A stretch of DNA of 64,000 nucleotides from a virus. The notes under the pieces were generated by a model. That model searched no databases. It was not told where the DNA came from and saw only the letters and a list, made by a program, of their open reading frames with translations. Location of the stretch: the IMG/VR virus record IMGVR_UViG_3300046780_000733; one strand, given 5' to 3'. Below, piece by piece: positions 18,606 to 27,933 of the stretch (the stretch's first letter is position 1; every line of letters begins with the position of its first letter). The translations under genes and the position numbers were made by a program.

Positions 18606-19010
18606 TCACATCTGGCCGCCGAAATGCATGTCGGTGTCGGAGATCGCGAACGCAACCGGACTTGTGCAGTTGGTCGAGGTCGCGGTATCCAGGCCGCCCA
18701 GCACCGAGGCGCTCAGGTAGATCTCAGCGCCAGGCGTCAGGCCGCTGGCGTCGCAGTACGTGACACGGACACTCCTGGCCAGCGTGACCTTCTGACCGGT
18801 CAAGACGTCGCGGATCGCGATCGCGCGAACGACATTCTTGGCCGTGCCAGTCGATCCGTCAGCTCGCCAGACGGTGCCGTCACTCTTGATGTAGATCACG
18901 TCGCCGGTGGCCAGGGCTTCGCCCGCAGCCAGGCCCGCGATCATGCTGTTGTAGTTCGGAAGCGGGGTGGCGATACCAACCCCGTTCGTACTCTTGGTAA
19001 TCGCTGCCAT
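18606..19010 (-). CDS. Head decoration/capsid cement protein
   Basis: AGEALATGDVIYIKSDG.V..A and TPGAEIYLS..G.L pattern; ATG at 19010 with an AGGGG RBS. Confidence 0.7.
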   Translation of the reverse strand: MAAITKSTNGVGIATPLPNYNSMIAGLAAGEALATGDVIYIKSDGTVWRADGSTGTAKNVVRAIAIRDVLTGQKVTLARSVRVTYCDASGLTPGAEIYLSASVLGGLDTATSTNCTSPVAFAISDTDMHFGGQM

Positions 19011-19074
19011 CGATATGAGTCCCCTGTCGAAGACGCGAACCATCACCTCGACAGGGAGGGGAGTGGTATTCGCA

Positions 19075-19701
19075 TCACCAGTCGTAACGAATCTGTTTGC
19101 TTTCACGTAGGCTCTGCTGGAGAGCCGGGATCGGATCAGTATTACTGCCGGCACCCGTCTGCCGCGGATGCGGTGCACCGGTTCCACTCGGGGTCCCGCC
19201 GCCGCGACGAATCCCTTCACCCAGGAGTTCCGGATACTCTTTGGCCACCGCTTTCACGGCGTCCACGACTCCGGCGAACTTCTTGGCCTCTTCGTCGTAC
19301 TCAACCATGTCGCGGTCAACGAGCTTCGCCACCAACTCCGGGCGGGCGAAGTTCTGCTTCCGCGCCTCTGACTCGATCGCCTGACCAAGCTTGACCCGGT
19401 GAAGTTCTTGGGCCGCCACCTCTTGCTGGACCTTGGCGTCGCGTGCCTCGGCCTCAAGCTGAGCCAGCCGCTTTCGCAACTTCTCGTCTTCGCCGAGCTT
19501 CTCGGTCTTCTTGGCCTCTTCGGCAGCCTCGATCTCGGCGAGCTTCTTCGCTTTGATGCGATTCTTCTCAGCGTCGAGGTTGGCAGCCTTCAAAGCCTTT
19601 CGCGTCTTCTCCAGTTCCAACTGGAGTTCCTCGGGCGTCGGCGCAGGAGTCTCGGTCGGGGTTTCGGTTTCGATCGGATCTTCAACAGTCGTTTCGGGCA
19701 T
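19075..19701 (-). CDS. Capsid scaffolding protein
   Basis: Acidic Pro/Thr N-terminus, long coiled coil, YPELL followed by a Gly-rich tail; AGGAG RBS. Confidence 0.75.
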   Translation of the reverse strand: MPETTVEDPIETETPTETPAPTPEELQLELEKTRKALKAANLDAEKNRIKAKKLAEIEAAEEAKKTEKLGEDEKLRKRLAQLEAEARDAKVQQEVAAQELHRVKLGQAIESEARKQNFARPELVAKLVDRDMVEYDEEAKKFAGVVDAVKAVAKEYPELLGEGIRRGGGTPSGTGAPHPRQTGAGSNTDPIPALQQSLRESKQIRYDW

Positions 19702-19721
19702 CGTTCTTCTCCTGGGAGCCT

Positions 19722-19806
19722 CGCATCACGCGGTGCTGCCCAATGTGTCCACCCTGGGATCACCCCAAAGCGGTACAGACACGTCACTGGCATCACGCCA
19801 GCGGTG
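19722..19806 (-). promoter_or_regulatory. Three GTGAT-loop mini-hairpins in the scaffold 5' leader
   Basis: CTGGC-GTGAT-GCCAG, TGGG-GTGAT-CCCA, CGC-GTGAT-GCG, spaced 33-34 nt, each with ACCGC at its 5' side. Confidence 0.6.
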
Positions 19807-19893
19807 CGTCTGTGAGTTCTGTCTGACCGAACAACGGTCTATTCAGTTAGAGGTTGGATTCGGAAGTGGTAAAACATTTGGATGAAAACGTAG

Positions 19894-20133
19894 TTAACCA
19901 CGATGGGTCGCGATGAAGCAGATGGTCTCGACAATAGAGAGGGCGACGATCACGAACAGCACGCCCCGCTGACGCCGCACCATGTACAGGGCGATCAGGC
20001 CACCAACCCATAGGTGTGCCATGGCCTGGAATGCCTCCGACGTGTAGCCGTAGATGCGAAGGAAGGCGAACACGATAGAGACAAGGATCACCGATGCAAG
20101 CCTGGGACTGGAACCATCGACCGGCTGAATCAT
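19894..20133 (-). CDS. Small membrane protein, paralog of 47501-47728
   Basis: Three hydrophobic segments; FQAMAHLWVG motif shared. Confidence 0.65.
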   Translation of the reverse strand: MIQPVDGSSPRLASVILVSIVFAFLRIYGYTSEAFQAMAHLWVGGLIALYMVRRQRGVLFVIVALSIVETICFIATHRG

Positions 20134-20324
20134 TTTTTCTTCTTTCGGAGTTTCCCGAGAGTCTCGGCGAGCCGCGCTTCCTTAGCCTCGGTCGGGTTCT
20201 TCGACTTCGCTGCCTTGGCGAGTTTGCTCGCAGAGATGTCCTTCCCCGCAGGCACATTCAGTTTGTCTCTGAGCTTGTTTTTGCCCGATCCAACTGCTCC
20301 CGCAATCCAATTCTTCTTGGCCAT
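20130..20324 (-). CDS. Small basic Lys-rich protein
   Basis: MAKKNWIAGAV..KLAKAAKS..ARLAETL; GGAG RBS. Confidence 0.65.
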   Translation of the reverse strand: MAKKNWIAGAVGSGKNKLRDKLNVPAGKDISASKLAKAAKSKNPTEAKEARLAETLGKLRKKKK

Positions 20325-20682
20325 CTTTTTCTCCCGTGATTCGATTGAGTGAGAGCAGCGCACGTGTCAACGATTCGACCGCTTGCTCCTCAAAGATTTC
20401 CTCGTGAGAACCTGGTGTCGTCTTGAACGGTGCGAAGTGGATATGGAGTAACTCATGGACCACCAGGTGCTCCATGTCGAACGGCCACGGCCCGTCGTCG
20501 TAGTCGATGGGATCAACGACTTCGATCGTGGCGGCCTTCGACGGCAAGCAGACGTCGCACGTCGCCCACCCATTGCAGCCGATGTCTCGCTGCCGCTTCT
20601 TGGCGGTCTTGATCTCCCAGTCCTGGAGACGAAGCACCTTCTGCCAGTAGCCGGCGACGACTTCGAGTTCGCCCTGGGTCAT
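20182..20682 (-). CDS. HEXXH metallopeptidase-like protein
   Basis: WQKVLRLQDWEI..EHLVVHELLHIHF..EEQAV. Confidence 0.65.
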   Translation of the reverse strand: MTQGELEVVAGYWQKVLRLQDWEIKTAKKRQRDIGCNGWATCDVCLPSKAATIEVVDPIDYDDGPWPFDMEHLVVHELLHIHFAPFKTTPGSHEEIFEEQAVESLTRALLSLNRITGEKDGQEELDCGSSWIGQKQAQRQTECACGEGHLCEQTRQGSEVEEPDRG

Positions 20683-20758
20683 GTGTCACTCCGGTCAAAT
20701 CGTCAACGCCACGAACGCCGCGAGCCCAGACACTGCCACCACCGCGGCCAGCATGAAA

Positions 20759-20773
20759 GTTTCCGACGGAAAC
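20759..20773. repeat. GTTTCCGNCGGAAAC palindrome, copy 2
   Basis: AAAGTTTCCGACGGAAAC. Confidence 0.85.
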
Positions 20774-20774
20774 A

Positions 20775-21089
20775 TCACTTGGTCGGAGCCGGGGCTGGAG
20801 TGCGGAGGTTGAGGATTTGCTGGGCCAGGGTTTCCAGGGTTTGGACGTACTGGCCCACCTGTAAGTTTCCCAGGTCTGCCTTCAGCGCCTTGGCCTCGGC
20901 CAGGTCGTCATCGACAGTCTTCTTGAAGTCCGCGAAGGCCTTGGCGATATCGCCGACGACAACCTTTCCGACCCTGATCTCGTCGTAGACGGCCCTGAGT
21001 TCGGTAAGCGTGGCCACCGTCTCCTTGGCCGCGTCAACAACGCCCTTGAAATCGTCTGCTAAGCCTGCCACGGCAGGTAGTCCTTTCAT
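20775..21089 (-). CDS. Hypothetical amphipathic helical protein
   Basis: 104-aa ORF directly after the upstream stop codon. Confidence 0.5.
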   Translation of the reverse strand: MKGLPAVAGLADDFKGVVDAAKETVATLTELRAVYDEIRVGKVVVGDIAKAFADFKKTVDDDLAEAKALKADLGNLQVGQYVQTLETLAQQILNLRTPAPAPTK

Positions 21090-21091
21090 CT

Positions 21092-21664
21092 TCAAGCACT
21101 GGTGGTATAAGCCGCGGTCCCGTACTGGAACCTGGGCAACGAGCACGACATCGGGATCTGCGGCGACGTCCGCACGTAGATGCGAGGCTGAAACTGGGGC
21201 ACAACTGGGATAGGCGGGGGCTGGATTTCCCGCCTGGGTTCGGGTGCTCGTCGAGGCGCCAGGGTTTGTTTGACTTCCAGAATAAGACGCTCGATCTCCG
21301 CGTACGGCGGTTGCTCAGTGGCCTCGTTCTTGGCCTGGTGACTCTTGATGACTCGCTTGCTCAGAGGTTCGTCGATGGGATCGCGATCCTCGATTCCGGC
21401 GAACGGGCGAGCTTCTGGAGCCGATACAACTGCCTTTCCCTTGTCACTGGACCTCGAATTGCAGCAGCATTTGCCGCATTCACAGGGGCATGGGGGACAA
21501 GCCTGGCAGGCTTCAGTTTTCTTGGCCATCTGAGCGTCATTCTTCACCTCGACCCCTGGCTCCGTCGCCTCCATGGGTGTCATCGACAACGACCACGCCA
21601 CTTTCGGCGCATCTTTCAACGGAGGAGACTGGGCCACCACTACAGCGAGAATCAATGAAAGCAT
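21092..21664 (-). CDS. Hypothetical secreted protein with a Cys cluster
   Basis: MLSLILAVVVAQ signal-like start; CQACPPCPCECGKCCC; AAGGAG RBS. Confidence 0.55.
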   Translation of the reverse strand: MLSLILAVVVAQSPPLKDAPKVAWSLSMTPMEATEPGVEVKNDAQMAKKTEACQACPPCPCECGKCCCNSRSSDKGKAVVSAPEARPFAGIEDRDPIDEPLSKRVIKSHQAKNEATEQPPYAEIERLILEVKQTLAPRRAPEPRREIQPPPIPVVPQFQPRIYVRTSPQIPMSCSLPRFQYGTAAYTTSA

Positions 21665-21673
21665 GTCGTCTCC

Positions 21674-22012
21674 TTAGACGTGACCTCGGAAACCGCCGGT
21701 CATGGCCGTAAAGTAGTCGGAGAACTGCCACCGTCGAACGCTCAGCGTGTACTGTCCGGCCTTCTCTGGCCTCACCACCACGAGATGGCCGACGCTGGTC
21801 AGGGCACAAACACAAGGTTTGTCACCGGGATTGATCCGGAGTTTGCCAGCGGAGCCAATGGGCCTCGGACCCATGTAGATGCCGGTGACGGCTCGGGCAT
21901 CGCCGGTAACGGTGAACACGAACTTGCCCCCGGGCGAGGCGAAGTTGAATTGCACCGGAGAGAATCCGTCGAGAGTCAGCGTCACGGGAGCATCCAGAGC
22001 AAGGTCTGCCAT
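21674..22012 (-). CDS. Hypothetical beta-rich protein
   Basis: 112-aa ORF with a GGAG RBS. Confidence 0.5.
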   Translation of the reverse strand: MADLALDAPVTLTLDGFSPVQFNFASPGGKFVFTVTGDARAVTGIYMGPRPIGSAGKLRINPGDKPCVCALTSVGHLVVVRPEKAGQYTLSVRRWQFSDYFTAMTGGFRGHV

Positions 22013-22045
22013 CGTGCTTCTCCAGCAAAACGTGCCGAGGAAAAT

Positions 22046-22612
22046 TCACTGGTAATAGTAAAACGTTTTGGTTTCTGGATTGAACCACAGGTTGTGGCCG
22101 GCACGGTCATGCTCGCCGGTGTAATAACCGCCAGGCAAACAATCGTCCCGGATGCGCCACGGCTCATTGGGATTGCCGGGATCGTGCTTGCGCGCCGAGA
22201 GCAATCTCTGTGCATCCGCTTGGTCGAACGCGCAAGCCACGTTGTAGGTCATGCTCTCGGCCAGTCTCCGATCCAGCTTGACCTTGATCCCAGATCCGCC
22301 GCGAAATGCTCGTCGGATCGCGTTGAATTTTTTACGCGTCACCCAGACTGACATCTTGGCGGGTACGGCTTTGGTGGTTCCGGTAGCCTGCGGAGGAGCG
22401 GCGTGAGATCCAGGATTGAGTACTGACAAGAGAGACTCCGCTTCGTCAGCGTCCAGCACAAAGCCGACGTGGTCTCCGCTTACCAGGGGATTGCTAAGCG
22501 CGCGAGTCATCACAGCACGCGCATGACGTGGCAACTCGATTGTGACCGTGTCTTCCGGGGCCGCGACGAAGAAGACGGCAAAGAAAAATGCCAATGGCGC
22601 AGCGAACATCAT
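22046..22612 (-). CDS. Hypothetical secreted protein
   Basis: Hydrophobic N-terminus; GGAGG RBS. Confidence 0.5.
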   Translation of the reverse strand: MMFAAPLAFFFAVFFVAAPEDTVTIELPRHARAVMTRALSNPLVSGDHVGFVLDADEAESLLSVLNPGSHAAPPQATGTTKAVPAKMSVWVTRKKFNAIRRAFRGGSGIKVKLDRRLAESMTYNVACAFDQADAQRLLSARKHDPGNPNEPWRIRDDCLPGGYYTGEHDRAGHNLWFNPETKTFYYYQ

Positions 22613-22920
22613 GCCTCCAGGGGCTTGTAAATCCTAAACGAATTCTGCCTTCTGTTTACTTGGGAAACTTCTGGTTTCGAGCCACCATGATCCCGTCTCG
22701 ATCCTCGGCCATCGGGCCAGGCGCACCAGACGCGGAACCAGGAGGCTTGGGGTCAGGGGGACTGCCAGACGCGATACCGGTGAGCCGATCGTGATCCACC
22801 GACACGTAAGCGGCTGTCGAATCGGAGTAGCCGGCGTTCTTCAGTTCGGACCTCTTCTGCCCCGTGGTCCTGGGGACAGTCGAGCCGTGATCGAATTCTT
22901 TGGATTGAGCCATCTGTGCC

Positions 22921-23337
22921 TCACGCCAGGGGTCGTCGGAATGGTCCGTAAACGTCGTCGCCGTGCTTGACACCGGGCACCTCGGGTGCCTTGTCGAGAC
23001 TGCCGCCGCCGTTGCCGATCTTCGCCAGCGCCATCTGGGTGGAACGCTCGCGATTCTGACCCGATGCGATCAGCGACTCCACCATTTCATTGACCTGCTT
23101 GGTTCTCTCGGTGCCCACGATGGCTCCATTGGGAGTCGCGGGACCAGGGACCATGTCAGCGCTGTAGTCGCCGCGGGGACGACCGAAGCTGGCCTCTTTG
23201 ACCACTCCAGTGCTGGTTGACACGTTGCCCTTGCTGCGAACGACGAGCCGCTCATCGACCTTGCAGGGGCCGGGAATCATGCGGCCAGGGTCTTTAACCT
23301 TGGACGGACCCGGGACCATCGGCTTTGCTGGCTTCAT
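22921..23337 (-). CDS. Hypothetical protein with PGP repeats
   Basis: MVPGP/MIPGP occurs three times. Confidence 0.45.
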   Translation of the reverse strand: MKPAKPMVPGPSKVKDPGRMIPGPCKVDERLVVRSKGNVSTSTGVVKEASFGRPRGDYSADMVPGPATPNGAIVGTERTKQVNEMVESLIASGQNRERSTQMALAKIGNGGGSLDKAPEVPGVKHGDDVYGPFRRPLA

Positions 23338-23641
23338 TGCTGTGCCCCATCGTGAATGACCTGGTCAGATGCGTGACGACCTCGCGCATCTCTTCGAGTT
23401 CCGCCCTGAGCTGCGTGATCTCGGCCGAGAGTCGAGCACGGTCTGCCTGAGCCATCGTTCTCTCGATGGCACGCGCCGCTCTCTCCTCTTCTAGGAGTTT
23501 TGCGGAAGTGCCTTCTAGCGACTTGATCCGGTCGGCCTCGGCCTTGTTCTTGTTCGTGAGCCATTTGTCATAGACCGAGGCGAGGCTCATCCCGAACGCC
23601 GCCACCGCCCCCGACCATCCCATCAGCTCCTGGGGAGTCAT
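23294..23641 (-). CDS. Single-TM coiled-coil protein (possible lysis-associated)
   Basis: N-terminal hydrophobic helix followed by a heptad-rich segment. Confidence 0.45.
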   Translation of the reverse strand: MTPQELMGWSGAVAAFGMSLASVYDKWLTNKNKAEADRIKSLEGTSAKLLEEERAARAIERTMAQADRARLSAEITQLRAELEEMREVVTHLTRSFTMGHSNEASKADGPGSVQG

Positions 23642-23678
23642 CGTGAAACCCCAGACGAGGCTCTTGACCCCGTACGCG

Positions 23679-24455
23679 CTACCCAGGATCACCTTGGCCG
23701 CCGCTATCGAGTTCTCCGCGAGTACCAAGACGGCCTCCGATCTGAGAAAACGTCATAGTCTTCAGGGTACAGGCACACCGTGACCCGCAATCCCGTGACC
23801 CGATCGGCTTCACGTCCTTCAGTAACTGCCACCCCTTCGCGGCCTCAGACAGGCAGCCCTTGCAATGATCTGCCACCCCGAGCACCGAAAGTCCACACCA
23901 GGGATCGCCCTTGTTCTCCTGCGAGACCAGGGAAGAGACGTAGACTCGCCACGCCACTGCCCATATCGCGCGAGCATAGAGATCCGTGCGGCCGATCGCG
24001 GATGTGTTGAGCACCTGATCGCCGTCGCGGATCTCGCTGAAGAATCTGTACAAGTATCCGTTCTGTAGGTTTGTTTCGGAAACCCAAGCCTCCAGTAATT
24101 CTGATTCTATATAATTTCGCTTGATCAACAGCATGGTCGCGGCTGCAAGTGCCGGGATCAGGATGTCCCTGAACCTGAGCAGCCACGCCCGCAGAGACGT
24201 GCGGTGCTCGATTAGATCGCTCGTTGCTGACACGAGTCCCGCCGACGTCTCCTCGATCAGCTCGTCGAGCATCTGGAGCCGCATCGGCTCTGAGACGAGA
24301 TTGAGATCGGTGACGCCGTGGAGGCCGTGGGTGGCCAACAGTGCCAGCACCAACTCCCACCCGCGGTCCCTCTGGTCCTTGGACTCTTCGGGGGTCACGG
24401 TCTTGCGGGAGTCAACGGTGACATCGGAGGTGCCGAACTGCGGGGCGTCACTCAT
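23679..24455 (-). CDS. Minor head protein, MuF/gp7-like
   Basis: YLYRF..EI..G, R.DLYA, HCKGC..GW..PIG.RDCGSRCAC.L C-terminal motif. Confidence 0.65.
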   Translation of the reverse strand: MSDAPQFGTSDVTVDSRKTVTPEESKDQRDRGWELVLALLATHGLHGVTDLNLVSEPMRLQMLDELIEETSAGLVSATSDLIEHRTSLRAWLLRFRDILIPALAAATMLLIKRNYIESELLEAWVSETNLQNGYLYRFFSEIRDGDQVLNTSAIGRTDLYARAIWAVAWRVYVSSLVSQENKGDPWCGLSVLGVADHCKGCLSEAAKGWQLLKDVKPIGSRDCGSRCACTLKTMTFSQIGGRLGTRGELDSGGQGDPG

Positions 24456-24882
24456 TGGGTTTACTGATCTCCATCGGCCACAGTGTTCCTGTCCCGTTGC
24501 ACATCATGCACCACGTCAAATCGCCCTGGCATCCAGGGCAGTCCGCAACAACCTTGAGCACGTTGTAGCAGCGTAGCCACACCTCTTTGTCCCTGGATCT
24601 CAGACCCCAGAACAGGTATGGGACCGCGGGTTCGCCGATCGCCTTAAGCACCGCTGAACCTTGCTTGCGGCATTGCCAGTCGTCGCAGGACATGGCTCTG
24701 ATACAGACGGCGATCTCCTCGGGCATGTGAGCATCAACCTCGCGATCATCAAACCATCCTGGCTCCGCGAACCCGAGCACTGACGACTCCTGGGCGTCGC
24801 GAAACGCCCAGTCCAACCAGGCGAAACTGATGTTTGGCGGCGGATCATAGGCGACGAGACACAGGGCGAGAATAGCGATCAA
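24448..24882 (-). CDS. Signal peptide, HEAT-like repeat and CxxCxG zinc finger protein
   Basis: DDWQCRKQG..LKAIGEPAVPYL..L.S.D.EV..R; CPGCQG..CMMCNGTG. Confidence 0.65.
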   Translation of the reverse strand: MIAILALCLVAYDPPPNISFAWLDWAFRDAQESSVLGFAEPGWFDDREVDAHMPEEIAVCIRAMSCDDWQCRKQGSAVLKAIGEPAVPYLFWGLRSRDKEVWLRCYNVLKVVADCPGCQGDLTWCMMCNGTGTLWPMEISKPNE

Positions 24883-25312
24883 GATTTCCCCTTTAATCTT
24901 TTGGTTTTCTCTGCGTCGCGAATTCTGGATATCGCCTTGTCGGCTTGGGCTTGCGTCGTCAGACCAGCGTCGAGCATGAACCTAACCTGGGCCTCCGGAC
25001 TCATGTCCTCAAGGTAGCCACGAACACGAGGCATCTCGCTCGCCACGCTAACGGGTTCCATGTGAGTTCAGCCCTTCATGGCGACAGATTGTTTGTCCTT
25101 CAGTGTCCATGGCCTCACTGGCTTCGGCTGTGGCACTCGCACTCTGAGCCCGCACAGGCCGCACTCGTGGCAACAGTGGTTGTCGTGGAACAACCACGAG
25201 GAGACAGGGGCGTACTCGTGGCACGGGCACTTGCAGATGTCTACGGGATTGTGCTCGGTGGCCAGAAAGAGCCAGAACGCGAGAACACCGCTCAGAATCA
25301 TGACAGACCCTT

Positions 25313-25549
25313 TCACGCCGGATGCAATTCCACACCCTGGAACCACTCGCATTTATATGTGCGATCATCCCACCACTGCGCCTTGTAGATGATCTGATTC
25401 TCCAGTTGAACCTGGACCGCTACAACCATCGCGGGGATGTCGCCGCCAACGAGAACTCGGTCGCCTGGAACAAAGGCAACAGCCTCATTTAAGTTTTCCG
25501 CGAACCAAAACTTAACCGCGATTCTTTTTGTAGACTCCACGAATCCCAT
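25313..25549 (-). CDS. YodC/DUF2158-like small beta-barrel protein
   Basis: FVPGDRV..P.MVV..Y.AQWWD..EWF..EL. Confidence 0.5.
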   Translation of the reverse strand: MGFVESTKRIAVKFWFAENLNEAVAFVPGDRVLVGGDIPAMVVAVQVQLENQIIYKAQWWDDRTYKCEWFQGVELHPA

Positions 25550-25655
25550 GCCTCACTCCTTGGTGGAAAGTACGACTTTGAACGGCGAATCCTTGAGGAG
25601 TCGATTGGCCTGATCGACCAGCGACTCCACTTCCCTGACCACCTCCATCGGGTAA

Positions 25656-25670
25656 GTTTCCGTCGGAAAC
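25656..25670. repeat. GTTTCCGNCGGAAAC palindrome, copy 3
   Basis: TAAGTTTCCGTCGGAAACT, inside a CDS. Confidence 0.85.
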
Positions 25671-25866
25671 TCGATCCACTCTTTGATCTTGGTGGCCACG
25701 ACTGCGGGTTCGGCTGGCCATCGACCGATCAGCGCCACCGCGATCTCCTTGGATTCCTTGGATATCATCGAGCAACACATCTTGCGAAACACGTCGTAGT
25801 TGTCGAAGTACATCGATTGGTCGTAGGCGAGCCCAACGAGCAAACGCAGATCATGGGGATCGATGT

Positions 25867-26070
25867 TCATCGAGTGGCCACCTTGGAGTTGCAGTCTGCG
25901 CAGGCGATGGTCGTCGGTGACCACACGCGGTCACAGCGTGGGCATTGCCAGCCGATCGGCGCAATGCGTGGCGCGGGCGTGTCTTGAATGACCTTCACGG
26001 TTGTCGTAGTTGTTGGCACATGGCCACCCGTGACAGAAGAACCGTACGGCCAAACATTGTAGTCGCTCAT
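25867..26070 (-). CDS. Small zinc-ribbon protein
   Basis: GWQCPRCDRVWSP..CADC; related to 29711-29920. Confidence 0.55.
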   Translation of the reverse strand: MSDYNVWPYGSSVTGGHVPTTTTTVKVIQDTPAPRIAPIGWQCPRCDRVWSPTTIACADCNSKVATR

Positions 26071-26345
26071 TCCTCGATCTCCGGAAAGAAAAACCCATGA
26101 TCCTCGAAGTCAAGGCCAAGGACCATCCCGGGAGGTGCGTTCACGAGCATGCGTGCCCATGATCCATAGAGGATTGATGCCTCTTGGCTCCTATTGTATT
26201 TCATCTCATCACTCTCCGACCTGCTTGCCACCCAGCGACAATACGCCTGCTTTTTCTGTTGCTTAAAATAATCCCTCAGTGTCTCGCACTGCACCCTAAT
26301 TTCGCGGGCATCGTAGGGAATGGTCCAGTTTCCTGAGTTCGCCAT
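26067..26345 (-). CDS. Hypothetical protein
   Basis: 92-aa ORF coupled to its neighbours. Confidence 0.45.
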   Translation of the reverse strand: MANSGNWTIPYDAREIRVQCETLRDYFKQQKKQAYCRWVASRSESDEMKYNRSQEASILYGSWARMLVNAPPGMVLGLDFEDHGFFFPEIEE

Positions 26346-26348
26346 CTG

Positions 26349-26780
26349 TTACTCCACGAATTGCGCACACCAGTACGGTGTGCTATCCTCGGCGCGAGCC
26401 AGACCCACGCCAACCACGCTCCACTGATCGTGCAACAAGTTGTATCTGTGAGCCCTGTCTGCCATCCAGCCGGCGACTACGGCTTCGACGCTCGGGTATC
26501 CCATGGCGATGTTCTCAGCGGCCAGCCTGTCGGGCCAGAACCGGTGGAACCGCATCTCGTGGTTGCCGTGCCAGAGTTTCCCGCACTCAGCCATCACCGT
26601 AGACCACTCCTGGGCGTGCATGTCCACGAGCGGGTCTTGAATCAGCGGGTGCTGGCCGTTCTCAACCCGAACCCGGTTGATCTCGTCCCCGAATCCCTGG
26701 AGCATCGGGCGAGGCGGGGACGGCTTGCCCGCTGAGAACGGGAACAGCACCCGCCGCATCGCGGTCTCTCGACTGATCAC
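26349..26780 (-). CDS. CAP/SCP (YkwD-like) domain protein
   Basis: IN..R...G..PL, AENIAMG..VV.GWM...H..NLL, VGVG, YWC..F. Confidence 0.85.
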   Translation of the reverse strand: MISRETAMRRVLFPFSAGKPSPPRPMLQGFGDEINRVRVENGQHPLIQDPLVDMHAQEWSTVMAECGKLWHGNHEMRFHRFWPDRLAAENIAMGYPSVEAVVAGWMADRAHRYNLLHDQWSVVGVGLARAEDSTPYWCAQFVE

Positions 26781-27199
26781 TCAGTCACCTCCAGACTGTG
26801 CGAGCACACGCTGTTCACGAACCCGAACATCCCTACTGTCTTTGCTTCCAGAGTGTACTTGCCGGGCTTGACAGAGACAGGCCATGAGATCGTCGCGGTG
26901 CCGCCGCTCAAGCCACCCTTTCCCTTCCACATCGTCGTGCCATTGTCGTCGCGAACAGAAACCTCGATCGTCAGGGCGAAGTCGCTCCAGTGCCCCTCTG
27001 TGACAGTGACTGCCACGGACTGATGTTCTCCGGTCTTCACCTTGGCGCCGGAAGCGGGAGACGTGACCTGAATGCCAGTAGAGCTAATCCCGGTCACCGA
27101 ACCAATTGGCGTTGCTGGCTGGATCACCGTGAGGAGAACCGCCGCCATGCAAGTGAGTCCTATCGCAAACACCACGTAGCCCCGGGATGGGAATCGCAT
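26777..27199 (-). CDS. Membrane-anchored/secreted Ig-like protein
   Basis: N-terminal TM; VTSP.SG, W....PGKYTLEA. Confidence 0.6.
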   Translation of the reverse strand: MRFPSRGYVVFAIGLTCMAAVLLTVIQPATPIGSVTGISSTGIQVTSPASGAKVKTGEHQSVAVTVTEGHWSDFALTIEVSVRDDNGTTMWKGKGGLSGGTATISWPVSVKPGKYTLEAKTVGMFGFVNSVCSHSLEVTE

Positions 27200-27208
27200 C
27201 CTGTCTCC

Positions 27209-27496
27209 TTAGCAGTGAATCTTGGTGACAAGGGTATCGTCGTCAATCAGGTGGAAGTGGGTGCCGTGCTGGTCCCTGGCGTTGCAGGTCTTGGTGTGTT
27301 CGCCGTGCAAAACGACAGTAGTGACATCGAGTTTAACGTAGAGCCTGCGGAGCCCGAGGCCGTGATCTCGCGCACGCATGAACTGCGAGTCGTTGATCTC
27401 GAACATGTCGCCGGGCTTGAGGTCTCTGAAGTGTTCAGGGTGACCGCTGTGCTCCGGATGACCGTGGTTCTTATGGGGACGCTGATCCTGGTACAC
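27209..27496 (-). CDS. Small SH3/KOW-like protein, His-rich N-terminus (paralog A)
   Basis: FRDLKPGDMF..YVKL..KTCNARD; GGAG RBS. Confidence 0.55.
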   Translation of the reverse strand: MYQDQRPHKNHGHPEHSGHPEHFRDLKPGDMFEINDSQFMRARDHGLGLRRLYVKLDVTTVVLHGEHTKTCNARDQHGTHFHLIDDDTLVTKIHC

Positions 27497-27505
27497 TCGA
27501 TACTC

Positions 27506-27778
27506 CTAGAGAGTTGACTCATCGACCTTGAAGACACGAATGTCTCCAGAGAGAAGGTAAAAAGAATTCTCGTAGTGATCGCGGCAGTTGGCAGTCTTGG
27601 TTGATCCGTCGGTGTCAACGACCTGAACATCTTCAAGCTTCACGAACACCTGCTCCATCGGGGAGCCGATCCGCTCGAACATATCCGGAGACACCGTGAA
27701 CCGATCTCCGGGGATCAGGTCGTCGAGGAAGATCGGACGATCGTGGTGGCAGTACTTGTGGCCGTGGTCTGGGTACAT
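27506..27778 (-). CDS. Small SH3/KOW-like protein (paralog B)
   Basis: LDDLIPGDRF..FVKL..KTANCRD. Confidence 0.55.
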   Translation of the reverse strand: MYPDHGHKYCHHDRPIFLDDLIPGDRFTVSPDMFERIGSPMEQVFVKLEDVQVVDTDGSTKTANCRDHYENSFYLLSGDIRVFKVDESTL

Positions 27779-27782
27779 TGGC

Positions 27783-27923
27783 TCACTTCTTTTTCTTGGG
27801 TTTGCGGCCAGTCTTCAACGAGAGTCCTGTTCTGGACTGGGCGATCGCCGCTGCCTCGCCCACAGGAAGGCCTTTCTTCTTCAGCGCTTGAAACACAGAA
27901 TCAACGCGTGTGCCTTTGGGAAT
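27783..27923 (-). CDS. 46-aa basic protein with an ATT start codon
   Basis: AGGAGGT-gtatc-ATT-CCC-AAA gives (M)PKGTRVDSVFQALKKKGLPVGEAAAIAQSRTGLSLKTGRKPKKKK; fills the intergenic gap. Confidence 0.6.
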   Translation of the reverse strand: MPKGTRVDSVFQALKKKGLPVGEAAAIAQSRTGLSLKTGRKPKKKK

Positions 27924-27933
27924 GATACACCTC

